39,203 bases of DNA. Origin: Chthonomonadaceae bacterium (GTDB lineage: Bacteria; Armatimonadota; Chthonomonadetes; Chthonomonadales; Chthonomonadaceae). Position 1 is the stretch's first letter; every line of letters starts with the position of its first letter. The stretch lies in contig DASRGZ010000131.1 of assembly GCA_035650735.1 (NCBI GenBank), forward strand, positions 1-39,203. The letters are read 5' to 3'. The notes beneath the pieces were generated by a model. The model saw nothing but the letters and a program-made list of their open reading frames with translations, did not search any database and had not been told where the DNA came from. Below, piece after piece: positions 1 to 9,498 of the stretch. Made by a program: the position numbers and the translations under genes.

Positions 1-131
1 AGAAAGGAGTCCGCGAAGGCGGACTTGGTGCCTTTGTTGCTGCGGCTGATGACCTTGGATTGTCTAAGGGGGCAGTTTTTCTAACTCAACACTATCCGGT
101 TAGATTGTCAAAGGTCATTAGCCGCCCGAAA
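1..131. repeat. REP-like palindromic repeat (AGAAAGGAGTCCGC..GCGGAC...GCGGCT..AGCCGC family) carrying a ~70-bp insert
   Basis: 1-47 and 118-131 match the reverse complement of 9993-10054; 48-117 is extra sequence with imperfect terminal inverted repeats. Confidence 0.75.
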
Positions 132-460
132 GGAAAACGCCGCTGCCAACCTTGCCGATAGGCCAGCAAGAAGACATTGAACGTCAGAGAGGGCTACTCC
201 TTCTGGCCGTGCGCTTATAATTTCCTTTTATGCGCTGCTATTGAAAAAGCGCAAGAAGGGCGCCGGCGCGAGAGGAAATCGAACGGCCGTAGGGAAAACA
301 TAAGCATCGGTGGCAGAAAGACCTCCCATGAGGCGGCGCATTGCTGTTATGCGGAGAGAGTCGGACAGGTCAATCGTCCGTTCCCTGGCACGGGACGGGA
401 TGAAGTCGTACTGTTGCCAACTCCTGGCCTGCCAGGGGTGAGAGCGAAAAGGAGACGCCA

Positions 461-706
461 ATGTGGGTACGTACCTACCATTCCAACGAAGACAAACGCC
501 ATCTGATTAACCTGGAACATTATGCCCAAATTCATCTCAACCAGACTGCCGACCCAAACCTATGCCACATCGTCGCCTCCGTCGCCGGGGACACTACCAG
601 GCATCTGGCGGATACGACGCCGGAGCATGCCCGCAAGATTATGAACGCCCTCAGCGCCGCCCTGATGGACAACAGGGGCTTTATTGACCTGAATACCATC
701 TCGTGA
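461..706 (+). CDS. Small hypothetical protein (81 aa)
   Basis: Strong SD (AAAGGAGA) just upstream of the ATG, protein-like composition, and a terminator downstream. No family recognised. Confidence 0.7.
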   Translation: MWVRTYHSNEDKRHLINLEHYAQIHLNQTADPNLCHIVASVAGDTTRHLADTTPEHARKIMNALSAALMDNRGFIDLNTIS

Positions 707-782
707 GGGCTCTCTATTCCGGGAGGGAGGGCCGACGCCCGCCACCGCTTATTGCTGGATCGACCCATCCTGGCAGGCTGAC

Positions 783-827
783 AAAAACGACACGGCTTAC
801 CGCTACAGGCGGAGCCGTGTCGTTTTT
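783..827. terminator. Intrinsic terminator, probably bidirectional
   Basis: Perfect 15-bp inverted repeat AAAAACGACACGGCT / AGCCGTGTCGTTTTT with A and T tracts at its ends. Confidence 0.75.
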
Positions 828-902
828 AATGCACGCCTCACGGAGAGATAGCCCTGCCCTAAGGCGTGGCTGCCTCTCGCAAGCTCCCTCTCAAAAGGAT
901 GC

Positions 903-929
903 TGGAGTTTTTGAATTGCAGGCCGATAA
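903..929 (+). promoter_or_regulatory. Candidate sigma28 (FliA/SigD) promoter for the pilus operon
   Basis: TGGAGTTT-N11-GCCGATAA versus consensus TAAAGTTT-N11-GCCGATAA: perfect -10, exact spacing, about 40 nt before the pilM start. Confidence 0.6.
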
Positions 930-968
930 TAGTACCAGCATGCTGGGTCCCGTGGGAGAAGCAAGCGC

Positions 969-2162
969 GTGTTCAGGCAGGTCAAAAAATCGGGAGCGCG
1001 GTGTCTTGCGCTGGGTATGGATATCGGCTTCTACACCATCAAAGCGGTCATCTTAGAAGAGACCGCGGAAGGGCCGGCGGTGCATCATGTGGCGCGCGCA
1101 TTGACCCCGGCCGAGTCCCTGCGCGATGGGGTCATCGTCAATCAGGAAAAGGTGGCGGCCCGGTTACGGGAGATAATCCGTCCCTACGCGGGGGCCTTGC
1201 AGGGGGCGGCCCTCTCCGCGCCGATGCAGTATGTGCTGGTACGCTGGATAGACCTACCGCAGATGGATCAAGAGACGCTTGCCGCCGCAACACGCTACGA
1301 AGCGCGCAAATACCTTCCCTTTCCTGTAGACAGCGCCGAGGTGGTGATCGTTCCCACAGAGCCCTCGGAGGCCGGCGACGAAGGACGCATGCGCGCTCTG
1401 CTGGCTGCGGCGCCGCGCAATATGATCGGCACGCGGGCCGAAACGCTGGAAAGGGCCGGACTGGAGGCGGCCAGCGTGGAACTGGAACCGCTGGCCCTGC
1501 TCCGCACGCTGAATTTGCCCTCCCGACAACAGGCAACGCTCTGGCGCGGACAGCCCCAGGCTTGCATTCAAATCGGCGAGGATTCTTCGGGCATCTGCGT
1601 GCTTCAGGACATGCAGTTACGGTTTGTACGCTCTATTTCCTGGGGCAGCCATCGCTTGACGGAGGCGCTGGCGCAGGAGTTGGGCTGTGCGTGGACGGAG
1701 GCGCAAGCGATCCTGGCCGATCCTTCCACTGCCATAGACACCACTGGCCTCTTCTCCTGGACCGATCAGGGCCAGCGCTGCCAGACGATGGCGCTGCTGC
1801 CGGAGTTGGAGCGCCTCCAGCGGGAGATACAGCGGCTATTGAACTACTATCGTTCGCTCTTTCCGGAACGGAGCTACCAGGGCCTTTTTGATCGGTTGAT
1901 CCTGTGCGGCGATATGGCCGATTTGCGGGGGCTCGACCGCTATTTCGCTTATACCTTTCGCACGGAGGTCAGTACGCATAATCCATTTCAAGCGGTTGTG
2001 GCGCGGATATCGCCTGAGAGCTTCGCCTCCATCCAGGGGCGCCAGGCGAGTTTCGGAGTGGCCATCGGCCTGGCGCTGGGGGAACTACAGCAGCACCACC
2101 CGCTAACGCACGCGGCTCATGGTCCCTCGCGTGAGATCGTATGGCGGAGAAAGGCCGCCTAG
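969..2162 (+). CDS. pilM: Type IV pilus assembly protein PilM (actin-like fold)
   Basis: N-terminal GMDIG motif, EARKYLPFP, LLAAAPR, IQIGE and ILCGD, C-terminal VAIGLALG. GTG start with GGGAG SD; first gene of the operon. Confidence 0.9.
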   Translation: MFRQVKKSGARCLALGMDIGFYTIKAVILEETAEGPAVHHVARALTPAESLRDGVIVNQEKVAARLREIIRPYAGALQGAALSAPMQYVLVRWIDLPQMDQETLAAATRYEARKYLPFPVDSAEVVIVPTEPSEAGDEGRMRALLAAAPRNMIGTRAETLERAGLEAASVELEPLALLRTLNLPSRQQATLWRGQPQACIQIGEDSSGICVLQDMQLRFVRSISWGSHRLTEALAQELGCAWTEAQAILADPSTAIDTTGLFSWTDQGQRCQTMALLPELERLQREIQRLLNYYRSLFPERSYQGLFDRLILCGDMADLRGLDRYFAYTFRTEVSTHNPFQAVVARISPESFASIQGRQASFGVAIGLALGELQQHHPLTHAAHGPSREIVWRRKAA

Positions 2163-2168
2163 CCCAAA

Positions 2169-2786
2169 ATGATCCAGCGAGCGCCCGTCATTTCTCCGCC
2201 TGCGTTGCCGCGCGTGGATCTCCATCAGGAACGCCGCGCGGAGCGTCGGCGCCTGTTACGGCAGAGCCGACGCGCTGCGCTCCTGCTGGCGATCCTGATT
2301 CTGGCAATGGGGATGGCGCTGGCGCCGCTGACCCGTCGGCTTATCCGCCTTCAGTCCCGGCTGGCGCGCACACGGCAGGAAGCCGTTGCGCTGGACCAAC
2401 AGGACCAGGTTCTCACGCAGGCGAGCGCGCAGGTTGATGAGCAGGTCGGCCGCTGGATGCGATTTCTGCAGGGGCGCAATCGGCGACGGGCCTGGAAAGC
2501 GACTTTGCGCGATCTTGCCGGCCGTATGCCGGCCGATGTCTCTTTGGAGAGTCTTCAGATGGAGAGCAAGGTCCAGCGTACGGAAGCTACCCTCCAGGGC
2601 TCGGCGGAGAGAATAGAAACGCTCCGGGCCTTTATGGATAGCCTGGCAAGGTCTTCCCGATTTACGCAGCTTTGCCTTACTGAGACAACGGCCGAGGATA
2701 CATCCGGCAGCGGCGGCAGGCATTTCCGAATGACGGCCTACGTCAGCGGCCCACTGGCGAATGGCGCCGTCGGGGAAGCGCGCTGA
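2169..2786 (+). CDS. pilN: PilN-like fimbrial assembly protein
   Basis: VDL (INL-like) motif, single TM helix, coiled coil, then LAGRMPADVSLESL...LQGSA...FMDSLARS PilN-type domain; follows pilM. Confidence 0.8.
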   Translation: MIQRAPVISPPALPRVDLHQERRAERRRLLRQSRRAALLLAILILAMGMALAPLTRRLIRLQSRLARTRQEAVALDQQDQVLTQASAQVDEQVGRWMRFLQGRNRRRAWKATLRDLAGRMPADVSLESLQMESKVQRTEATLQGSAERIETLRAFMDSLARSSRFTQLCLTETTAEDTSGSGGRHFRMTAYVSGPLANGAVGEAR

Positions 2787-2803
2787 CAGCAGTCCTAAAG
2801 GCA

Positions 2804-2988
2804 CCTAACCCCCATCCCCCTTCCCTCTTAGGGAAGGGAGGGAACCGGCTTCCCGGTTCCCCCTCTCCCGCAGCGCCGGGGTCGCAAGGCGGAGGGGCGA
2901 ATCATTGTAGCCCCGACCCTGGCAGTGGGGACAGGGGGGGAGGGCTTCTGCTCTCTCCTTCTAAAGGAGAGGGATCGGGGGTGAGGGC
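2804..2988. repeat. Composite REP-like palindrome cluster between pilN and pilO-like genes
   Basis: CCTAACCCCCATCCCCCTTCCC..GGGAAGGG hairpin, CCCTCTCCCGCAGCG, a nested reverse copy of the ACTGCCAGGGTCGG family (about 2878-2928), and a GGGGTGAGGG end. Confidence 0.7.
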
Positions 2989-3024
2989 CAGAACAGAAGG
3001 ACCCTGCGGGAGACGAGATGGGCG

Positions 3025-3696
3025 ATGCGCTGGGACCTATGGTTGGCACAACCGAAGACGGCGCGCGGTTTGCGCACCCTGGTGCAGGCAACGGCCTGTG
3101 TCTGTGCTGTCTGGGGGGGAACCCTGGCCTACAGCCTATGGACGACGCAGCGCGCCCTGGCAGACGAGCGGGCCAGTCTGGAGGCGCGCCGCAAACAGAT
3201 GGCCGGGATGGCCGCAAGCCTGCGGCAGAAGCAGGCCGATGCAAAGCGAGCCGCTTACCTGAGAATAAGCGCGCCCGACGGCGTAGGCAGCGCCGAGTTT
3301 GCGGCGGAGATCAGCCGGTTATGCCAGCGAACGGGTGTGGGGCTGATAGGGGCGCGCATCGGCTCTGGCAATCCGCCTTCCGCGGCCCCGGCCAGCCAGA
3401 CAGCCGGGCAGGCCGCGAGCAACAACGCTCAGCCTGCGGACTCCGCTCCCGTTGCGGCCAATGAACCGGTTGGCTCCTCGGCGGAGAGCCGCTGGAGACA
3501 GGCAAAGCTTGAGTGTCATCTGGTCGGCCCGTTTCAGAACTTGCTGGCACTCCTGGATGACCTGGCCGCGGAGCCCTTTGTGCTGGAGATTACCGGTATC
3601 CAGATGGTGCGTTACAAGATGGACGCCTCCACAGGCGTCGTTGTGCTTCAGATGAAGCTAACCGGCCTGTTATATGGCCTTGCGGACAAGCCATGA
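3025..3696 (+). CDS. PilO/GspM-like protein
   Basis: TM segment, coiled coil, C-terminal GPFQNLLALLDDL...LEITGIQM ferredoxin-like PilO motif; sits after pilN. Confidence 0.7.
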   Translation: MRWDLWLAQPKTARGLRTLVQATACVCAVWGGTLAYSLWTTQRALADERASLEARRKQMAGMAASLRQKQADAKRAAYLRISAPDGVGSAEFAAEISRLCQRTGVGLIGARIGSGNPPSAAPASQTAGQAASNNAQPADSAPVAANEPVGSSAESRWRQAKLECHLVGPFQNLLALLDDLAAEPFVLEITGIQMVRYKMDASTGVVVLQMKLTGLLYGLADKP

Positions 3697-4400
3697 AGGC
3701 AAAGAGTAAGAACAACCCTATCGTGGTCGGCGCGCTCCTCTGCATCCTCGTCGGCTCCATTGCCATGACGATACAGCAGATGCGCCGGGATAACGGCCCG
3801 GCTGCCCCTGTCACACAGACGGCGGCGGTTCCCGCCGGGACAGCCACAGTCGAGCCCGTCCCCTTAGAGCCAGAGCCGCCTGTGCGGGATCCGTTCTCGC
3901 CTCCCGCTCTGCGCCGCCCTCGCGCGCAGGCAGCCGTCGGTGCCCAAAGGCCCGCGCGCCCGCCTCTGCGGCCCGGTCCTGCTCCCGCGAGCCTGCCGGT
4001 GCTTACGACGCGGCCGCTCCCTGTGAGCCAGCGATCCCCTCAGAATCTCAGCGTTCCGCCAACCGGCAGCGCCGCCATAAAGCCGGATGCTGCGCCCGTT
4101 CGAAGCGAGCCGCCCGCGGCGGCGGCGTCCACCGAGGACCTGGAGCGCAGCCTGGTGGAAAAGCTGCGGCTGACGGCGGTGATTGACGGCCCACAACGGA
4201 GCGCCGTGATCGAAGGGGCCGGACCGCAGCCGAGGACCGTGCGCGTCGGCGATCACGTGGCAACCCTCCAGATCGCCGCCGTGAACGCGCAGGAGGTCGT
4301 GCTTGTCGGTCGGAACGGCCTGTGGACGCTGCCTTTGATGAGCAGTTCCGCGCCAAGCTCCGATCCTGCGCCGCAGGAGGCTGCCGATGCGCCGCATTAG
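3693..4400 (+). CDS. PilP/GspC-like protein
   Basis: N-terminal TM, RDPF motif, Pro-rich linker, LRLTAVIDG..SAVIEG..TVRVGD beta domain typical of PilP/GspC-HR. ATGA overlap with the upstream gene. Confidence 0.7.
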   Translation: MKAKSKNNPIVVGALLCILVGSIAMTIQQMRRDNGPAAPVTQTAAVPAGTATVEPVPLEPEPPVRDPFSPPALRRPRAQAAVGAQRPARPPLRPGPAPASLPVLTTRPLPVSQRSPQNLSVPPTGSAAIKPDAAPVRSEPPAAAASTEDLERSLVEKLRLTAVIDGPQRSAVIEGAGPQPRTVRVGDHVATLQIAAVNAQEVVLVGRNGLWTLPLMSSSAPSSDPAPQEAADAPH

Positions 4401-6087
4401 GGGCTTGCTGTGGCCCGCCCTCTGCTGGCTTCCGGCGCTCTGGTACGGCAGCCTGTCGGTTGGGGCATCGGCGGATATGCCTCCCGCCCGCCGACAGCCT
4501 GTCCTGATCCAGTCTATCCGCGCGCGCCCGGACCAGAACGCGACGGCACTCGATATCCGGCTGCAGGGCGTGACCGTGCCCGTTCTGGCACAGGAGCCAA
4601 GGCGGCTTATCCTGAGGCTGCCCAACGCGCTGCCGGGCCCGCAGCTAGCGGCCAACATGGCAAGCGGTGGACTGGTGGCGCGCATGGCGCTGGAAAGGTT
4701 TCCCGCCTCCCGGGCAGGGGTCGAGGTCCGGCTGGAGCTGAGCGCGCCTGCCCTCGGCGAGTTGGTGCCTGGCCCGGATCCGCGTACGCTGCGGGTTCGC
4801 ATCACCCCCACCGATAGAACGGTCCCGGCGACCTCCGTGCGCCTGGCAGGCGCGGGTCTCTACGACATCAACGCGTCCCAGTCGGATGTCATCGAGCTGC
4901 TGCGCACGCTGGCGCGCGAGTCCGGCCTCAGCATCGTGATAGTGGGCGCGGTCAACACGAAGTTAACCCTGGATCTCCATCAGGTTCCCGCCGAGAAGGC
5001 CATCGATCTGCTGACACGGGCCGCCGGGCTTGTCTACCGCCAGGATGGCGCCACCTATATGGTCGGCGCGGCCAAAGACCTGGAGCGCGCCTACCCGCAG
5101 CCCGAGCCGGCTAGGCCCCCGGCGCCGGTCCTGGTGGAGAAAATCTATCACTGTCAGCATATCACAGCCTCTGACCTGCTGACAACACTAGAAAAGATAT
5201 TCGGCAAGGATCAACTGACCGTCTCCCTCGGCGCTGCCGCCTCGTCTCCGCGTCTGGACGAGGCGACGACGGCGACCGTGACCGGAATTCAGGCGACGCC
5301 CCTGAAGAGTGGCGTCTCCACCGAATCGGGCTCCGGTTCGCGCGACCTCGTTCTCTATGGGGAGCAGTCCGTCGTCGCCCGCGCCCTCCTGCTGGCAGCG
5401 CAGTTAGATAACCGCCGCGCGCAGGTGCGAATCAGCGTGCGGATCACGGATATTTCCCTGGATGCGCTGCGGGAGCTGGGCGTGCAGTGGAACTGGAGCA
5501 GCTACATCGCGCGGGAGACCACGCCAAGCGGGATCAATTTCGGCACCTTCACTCACGATCCCGTCTCTATTGAGGCGAAGCTTTCAGCGCTAGAGCAGAA
5601 CGACCGCGCCAAGCTCCTGGCCGCGCCGACGCTCTCCCTGTTGGATGGCGAGCGCGGCTTCATCCTGATCGGGGAGCGGCTTCTCTATCCCAAGCTCATC
5701 GGCTACACGCAGGCGCAGACGCCGATCTTCGATAAGGAAGAGGAGCGGGTCGGCATCTATCTCCAGGTCGCCGTCCAGACAGATGGCAACGGCGAGATCA
5801 CGCTGACGATCTACCCGCAGGTATCGGTCGTCACCGGCTTCTTGACCGTCAACGGCGCAAGCTATCCCCAGATCAGCACGCGCGAACAGCAGACGACCGT
5901 CCGCGTCCGGGATGGCGAAAAGATCGTGGTGGGTGGTCTGATTCGCAACGAGGAGATCAATAATATTCAGCGCGTGCCGCTGCTATCCCGCATCCCTCTC
6001 TTCGGCGAGCTTTTTACCTATCGCAAGAAAACCAGGCACCAATCCGAAGTCATTATCATGATCACGCCTCAGATTCTGAAGGATTAG
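4387..6087 (+). CDS. Outer-membrane secretin (PilQ/GspD family)
   Basis: Signal peptide, N domains, QVRISVRI...LGVQW, AKLLAAPTL, TTVRVRDGEKIVVGGLI, VPLLSRIPLFGELF and IMITPQI secretin motifs. Confidence 0.92.
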   Translation: MRRIRGLLWPALCWLPALWYGSLSVGASADMPPARRQPVLIQSIRARPDQNATALDIRLQGVTVPVLAQEPRRLILRLPNALPGPQLAANMASGGLVARMALERFPASRAGVEVRLELSAPALGELVPGPDPRTLRVRITPTDRTVPATSVRLAGAGLYDINASQSDVIELLRTLARESGLSIVIVGAVNTKLTLDLHQVPAEKAIDLLTRAAGLVYRQDGATYMVGAAKDLERAYPQPEPARPPAPVLVEKIYHCQHITASDLLTTLEKIFGKDQLTVSLGAAASSPRLDEATTATVTGIQATPLKSGVSTESGSGSRDLVLYGEQSVVARALLLAAQLDNRRAQVRISVRITDISLDALRELGVQWNWSSYIARETTPSGINFGTFTHDPVSIEAKLSALEQNDRAKLLAAPTLSLLDGERGFILIGERLLYPKLIGYTQAQTPIFDKEEERVGIYLQVAVQTDGNGEITLTIYPQVSVVTGFLTVNGASYPQISTREQQTTVRVRDGEKIVVGGLIRNEEINNIQRVPLLSRIPLFGELFTYRKKTRHQSEVIIMITPQILKD

Positions 6088-6284
6088 CGCCAACTAACTA
6101 AACGTTGCCTCCGGCCCCTTGACGGCCCATTCGTTTAGGGGGCTTTTCCCGCCCGCGTAGGCGGGCGGCAAGCGCATCGCGCTCCACAGCGGCAGGGTTC
6201 AGCCTGCCGCCAAAGGGACGACGAATTTGCCGGAGGCCGCACCCACGTCGGGCGAACCGCTGACCGAAGGATTAGCGAGTAGCG

Positions 6285-8006
6285 ATGTTTTCGACTTATC
6301 ACGACCGGACTTTTAGCGACATCCTGATCGAAGAGGGGTTAATTACGCCCGGCGAGCTGGCGCGCGTCCTGGGAGAGCGCGAGGATCTGACCGAACCGCT
6401 CGGGGATCTGCTCGTGCGCCAGGGCATTCTGACCGAGAAAGAGAAGGCCCGCTGTCTCGGAAAGCAGATGGGAATCCCTTTTGTTGACCTGGCCCAGCGG
6501 GAAGCGGACCCCGGCGCGGCGCGCCTGATACCGCATCGGCTGGCGCTGCGCCTGCGCGCCCTGCCCATTGAGCGCAGCGACACGGCGGTTTCGGTGGCGA
6601 TGGCCAACCCCTTAGACCTGACCGCGATTGATGAGATTCACGCCCACACCGGCCTGGAAATAGACCCGGTGATCGCCGCGCAAGAGGACATCCGGGAAGC
6701 CATCTTGCGCGCGTTCGGCGTTGACGACGATCTGGAGGAGCTTGTCGGCGAGGCGGTACGCGGCCTGGATCCCGGAGAGATCGAGGTTCGCGAGGAGGCC
6801 GAGGAGCCGGAGGTCAGCCTGCGCCCGCTCACGGAGACGAGCGAGGGAGCGCCGGTCGTCCGCCTGGTCAATGCCATCATCACCCGCGCCATCGCCCGGC
6901 GTGCCAGCGACATTCACATTGAGCCGGAACGCCGCCGCGTGCGCGTCCGGTTTCGGGTGGATGGGATGCTACAGGAGGCGGCGCTCCTGCCCAGGGAGTT
7001 GCAGGAGTCCTTTGTGTCGCGCCTCAAAATCATGGCAGCGATGGATATTGCCGAGCGGCGTATGCCCCAGGATGGCCGGTTCACCCTGCTGACGCCGCAG
7101 GGCGAGTATGACTTTCGCCTCTCTACCTTCCCCTCCCTTTTTGGAGAGAACGTAGTCATCCGCATCCTGGACCGTAATGCCGGGCGCATCACCCTCCCGA
7201 ATATCGGGATGCTGCCGGATACGCTGGCCCGCCTGCAGGAGATCATTCTGCGTCCCTATGGCATGGTGCTGGCCTGCGGGCCGACCGGCTCCGGCAAAAC
7301 GACCACGATGTATGCCTGCCTCAACGCGATCAATTCCGTAGAGCGTAATATTATGACCATTGAGGATCCGGTGGAGTATCAGGTGGCAGGCATCATCCAG
7401 GGCAACGTCAACCCGAAAGCGGGGATCACCTTTGCCAACGGCCTGCGCACGCTGGTGCGGCAGGACCCCGACGTTATCCTCGTGGGCGAGATCCGCGACT
7501 CGGAGACGGCCCATATCGCCGTCGAGGCGGCGCTCACCGGCCACCTGGTTCTTTCGACCATCCACGCCAACGATGCGGCTGGAGCCATCATTCGGCTGAT
7601 GGATATGGGGGTCGCGCCGTTTCTGGTCGCCTCGGCCCTGGCCGCCACCCTGGCCCAACGTCTGCTGCGCCTGACCTGCGCCCAGTGCGCCGCGCCCTAT
7701 GCTCCTGACGCGGCCCTGCTGGAAGCCCTCGGCTGCGCGGATCTGCTCTACGCCGCCGATTTCCGATTTCAGCGCGGCGCGGGCTGCGACGCCTGTAGCA
7801 AAACCGGATACCGGGGCCGCACGGCGGCGCATGAGCTGCTGGAGGTGACGGAGGCGGTGCAGCGCCTTATCCTGGCGCGCGCCTCCTCGCAGGAGATCAA
7901 GGCGGCGGCGCTCGCGGGCAGGCGTACCCTCCAGGAAGACGCCGTGCTCAAGATCCGCCAGGGCCTGACCACGCCGGAAGAGGTACGGCGCGTCACGGTG
8001 GTCTAA
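6285..8006 (+). CDS. pilB: PilB/GspE assembly ATPase with N-terminal MshEN-like region
   Basis: ASDIHIEP, MDIAERRMPQDG, Walker A GPTGSGKTTT, TIEDPVEY, RQDPDVILVGEIRD, TGHLVLSTIHAN and a tetra-Cys Zn motif (CAQC...CDAC). Confidence 0.95.
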   Translation: MFSTYHDRTFSDILIEEGLITPGELARVLGEREDLTEPLGDLLVRQGILTEKEKARCLGKQMGIPFVDLAQREADPGAARLIPHRLALRLRALPIERSDTAVSVAMANPLDLTAIDEIHAHTGLEIDPVIAAQEDIREAILRAFGVDDDLEELVGEAVRGLDPGEIEVREEAEEPEVSLRPLTETSEGAPVVRLVNAIITRAIARRASDIHIEPERRRVRVRFRVDGMLQEAALLPRELQESFVSRLKIMAAMDIAERRMPQDGRFTLLTPQGEYDFRLSTFPSLFGENVVIRILDRNAGRITLPNIGMLPDTLARLQEIILRPYGMVLACGPTGSGKTTTMYACLNAINSVERNIMTIEDPVEYQVAGIIQGNVNPKAGITFANGLRTLVRQDPDVILVGEIRDSETAHIAVEAALTGHLVLSTIHANDAAGAIIRLMDMGVAPFLVASALAATLAQRLLRLTCAQCAAPYAPDAALLEALGCADLLYAADFRFQRGAGCDACSKTGYRGRTAAHELLEVTEAVQRLILARASSQEIKAAALAGRRTLQEDAVLKIRQGLTTPEEVRRVTVV

Positions 8007-8081
8007 ACACCCACGCAGAATAACCGCGTCGTTCTCAGAGACTGAAAATATAGGAAATTACCGTGAGGCGGTGTTTAGGCC

Positions 8082-9308
8082 ATGCATTTCACCTACACAG
8101 CCCTCGATCCCCGGGGCAAGAAAATCACGGATCGGGTGCAGGCCGAGGATGAGGATCAGGCGGTGCGCCTCCTGCAAAGCCAGGGATATGTCCTCCTGTC
8201 GGTCGCGCCCGGCGATCCGCAGCGGCCCCGCGCGGCTAGATCGTCGTTCCAGGGGTTCCCGCGCCTTAGCGACAGGGTGAAGCTGGATCAGGTTGTCGCC
8301 CTCACGCGGGAATTTGCCATTCTGATAGAGACGGGGGTTCCGGTCGTCGAGGCGCTGGAAACGCTCCAGGCGCACGCTGACAACGCCGCCATCCGGGAGG
8401 CCCTTCTGGCAACCCATGCCGATCTGTCTCAGGGCAAGACGATGGCCCAGGCCATGGGGGCGCATCGGCATGTCTTTCCCAGGCTCTACGTAGATATGGT
8501 GCGCACGGCAGAGACGGGCGGCAGCCTGAGCGCAACGCTCAACCAGGCCGCGGACTACCTGGAAGCGGCCCTGGAGATGCGCCGTAAAGTGGTGGGGGCG
8601 CTCACCTACCCGGCGGTGCTGCTCTGCGTGGCGCTGGCGGTCTTCCTGTTCATGATGACCTACCTGCTGCCGCAATTCAATCAGTTGTTTGACCGGATGA
8701 AGGCGGAAATTCCCCCGACGACCCGGTTTCTGCTGGCCATGAGCCGCTTTGTGAAGGCCCATTGGTGGCTGATTCCGATAATCCTGATCGGCTCGGCGCT
8801 GGGAGGCCGCGCCTTTTTGCGGCTGCCTGCCGGGCGCACCTTCCTGACGCGCGTTCTTCATCGCCTGCCCATCCTGGGCGATATCGCCAAAAAAGTGGCG
8901 CTCGCGCGCATCCTGCGCGCCCTGGGAACCTTATTGGGAACGGGAGTCTCTCTGCTGATCGCCCTGGAAACCGCAGTCCAGACCTCCCAGGACGTGATCT
9001 ATGAGCAGGCGCTGCGGCTGGTACGCGAGCAGGTGGAGCGGGGAGTCTCCCTCTCCGAGGCCGTCGCTCATACGGGGGTCTTTCCGGCGACGATCTGCCA
9101 GATCATCGCGGTAGGGGAAAAGTCGGGGAAGTTAAGCGCGGTGCTGCTGCGCGTGGCCCAGTTTTATGAGCGGGACGTGGATGCGCGGCTTAAAATGCTT
9201 GCCAGCATCATTGAGCCGGTCATGATCGTCGTGCTCGGCCTGATGGTCGGCTTCATCGCAGTCTCTATTCTGACCCCGATCTATTCACTGGCCACCAGCG
9301 TCAAGTAG
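8082..9308 (+). CDS. pilC: PilC/GspF inner-membrane platform protein
   Basis: Two T2SSF repeats (AETGGSL...ALTYP; VGEKSGKL...IIEPVMI...PIY). Confidence 0.95.
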   Translation: MHFTYTALDPRGKKITDRVQAEDEDQAVRLLQSQGYVLLSVAPGDPQRPRAARSSFQGFPRLSDRVKLDQVVALTREFAILIETGVPVVEALETLQAHADNAAIREALLATHADLSQGKTMAQAMGAHRHVFPRLYVDMVRTAETGGSLSATLNQAADYLEAALEMRRKVVGALTYPAVLLCVALAVFLFMMTYLLPQFNQLFDRMKAEIPPTTRFLLAMSRFVKAHWWLIPIILIGSALGGRAFLRLPAGRTFLTRVLHRLPILGDIAKKVALARILRALGTLLGTGVSLLIALETAVQTSQDVIYEQALRLVREQVERGVSLSEAVAHTGVFPATICQIIAVGEKSGKLSAVLLRVAQFYERDVDARLKMLASIIEPVMIVVLGLMVGFIAVSILTPIYSLATSVK

Positions 9309-9401
9309 CGCTCGGCTTTCCTGTCCGCACGATGACCCTGATAGATAACTTGCTGGCCGCCAACGTTCGGTGGAGTGGCCCGGCAGTTTGTCCCTCTTTG
9401 C

Positions 9402-9432
9402 CCCTAAATTTAGGGTGAAAGCAAGCCGAAAA
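9402..9432 (+). promoter_or_regulatory. Candidate sigma28 promoter overlapped by a 14-bp palindrome, upstream of the major pilin
   Basis: TAAA(9405)-N16-GCCGAAAA(9425-9432); perfect palindrome CCCTAAATTTAGGG at 9402-9415. Confidence 0.5.
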
Positions 9433-9498
9433 TGCGGAACAACTTTTCCAGACCTGTGTGCCGATGCTGGAGATTTGCAGGCTAAGGAGGTTAGAGAG

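Noticed and set aside
1..205. Structured region as a riboswitch or ncRNA (for example c-di-GMP-I upstream of pilus genes)
   Set aside because: The GEMM consensus is absent, and the hairpins are explained by a dispersed repeat (copy at 9993-10054) plus an insert.
9370..9498. Long N-terminal extension of the major pilin
   Set aside because: The strong SD precedes ATG 9499, and the upstream part contains promoter-like motifs.
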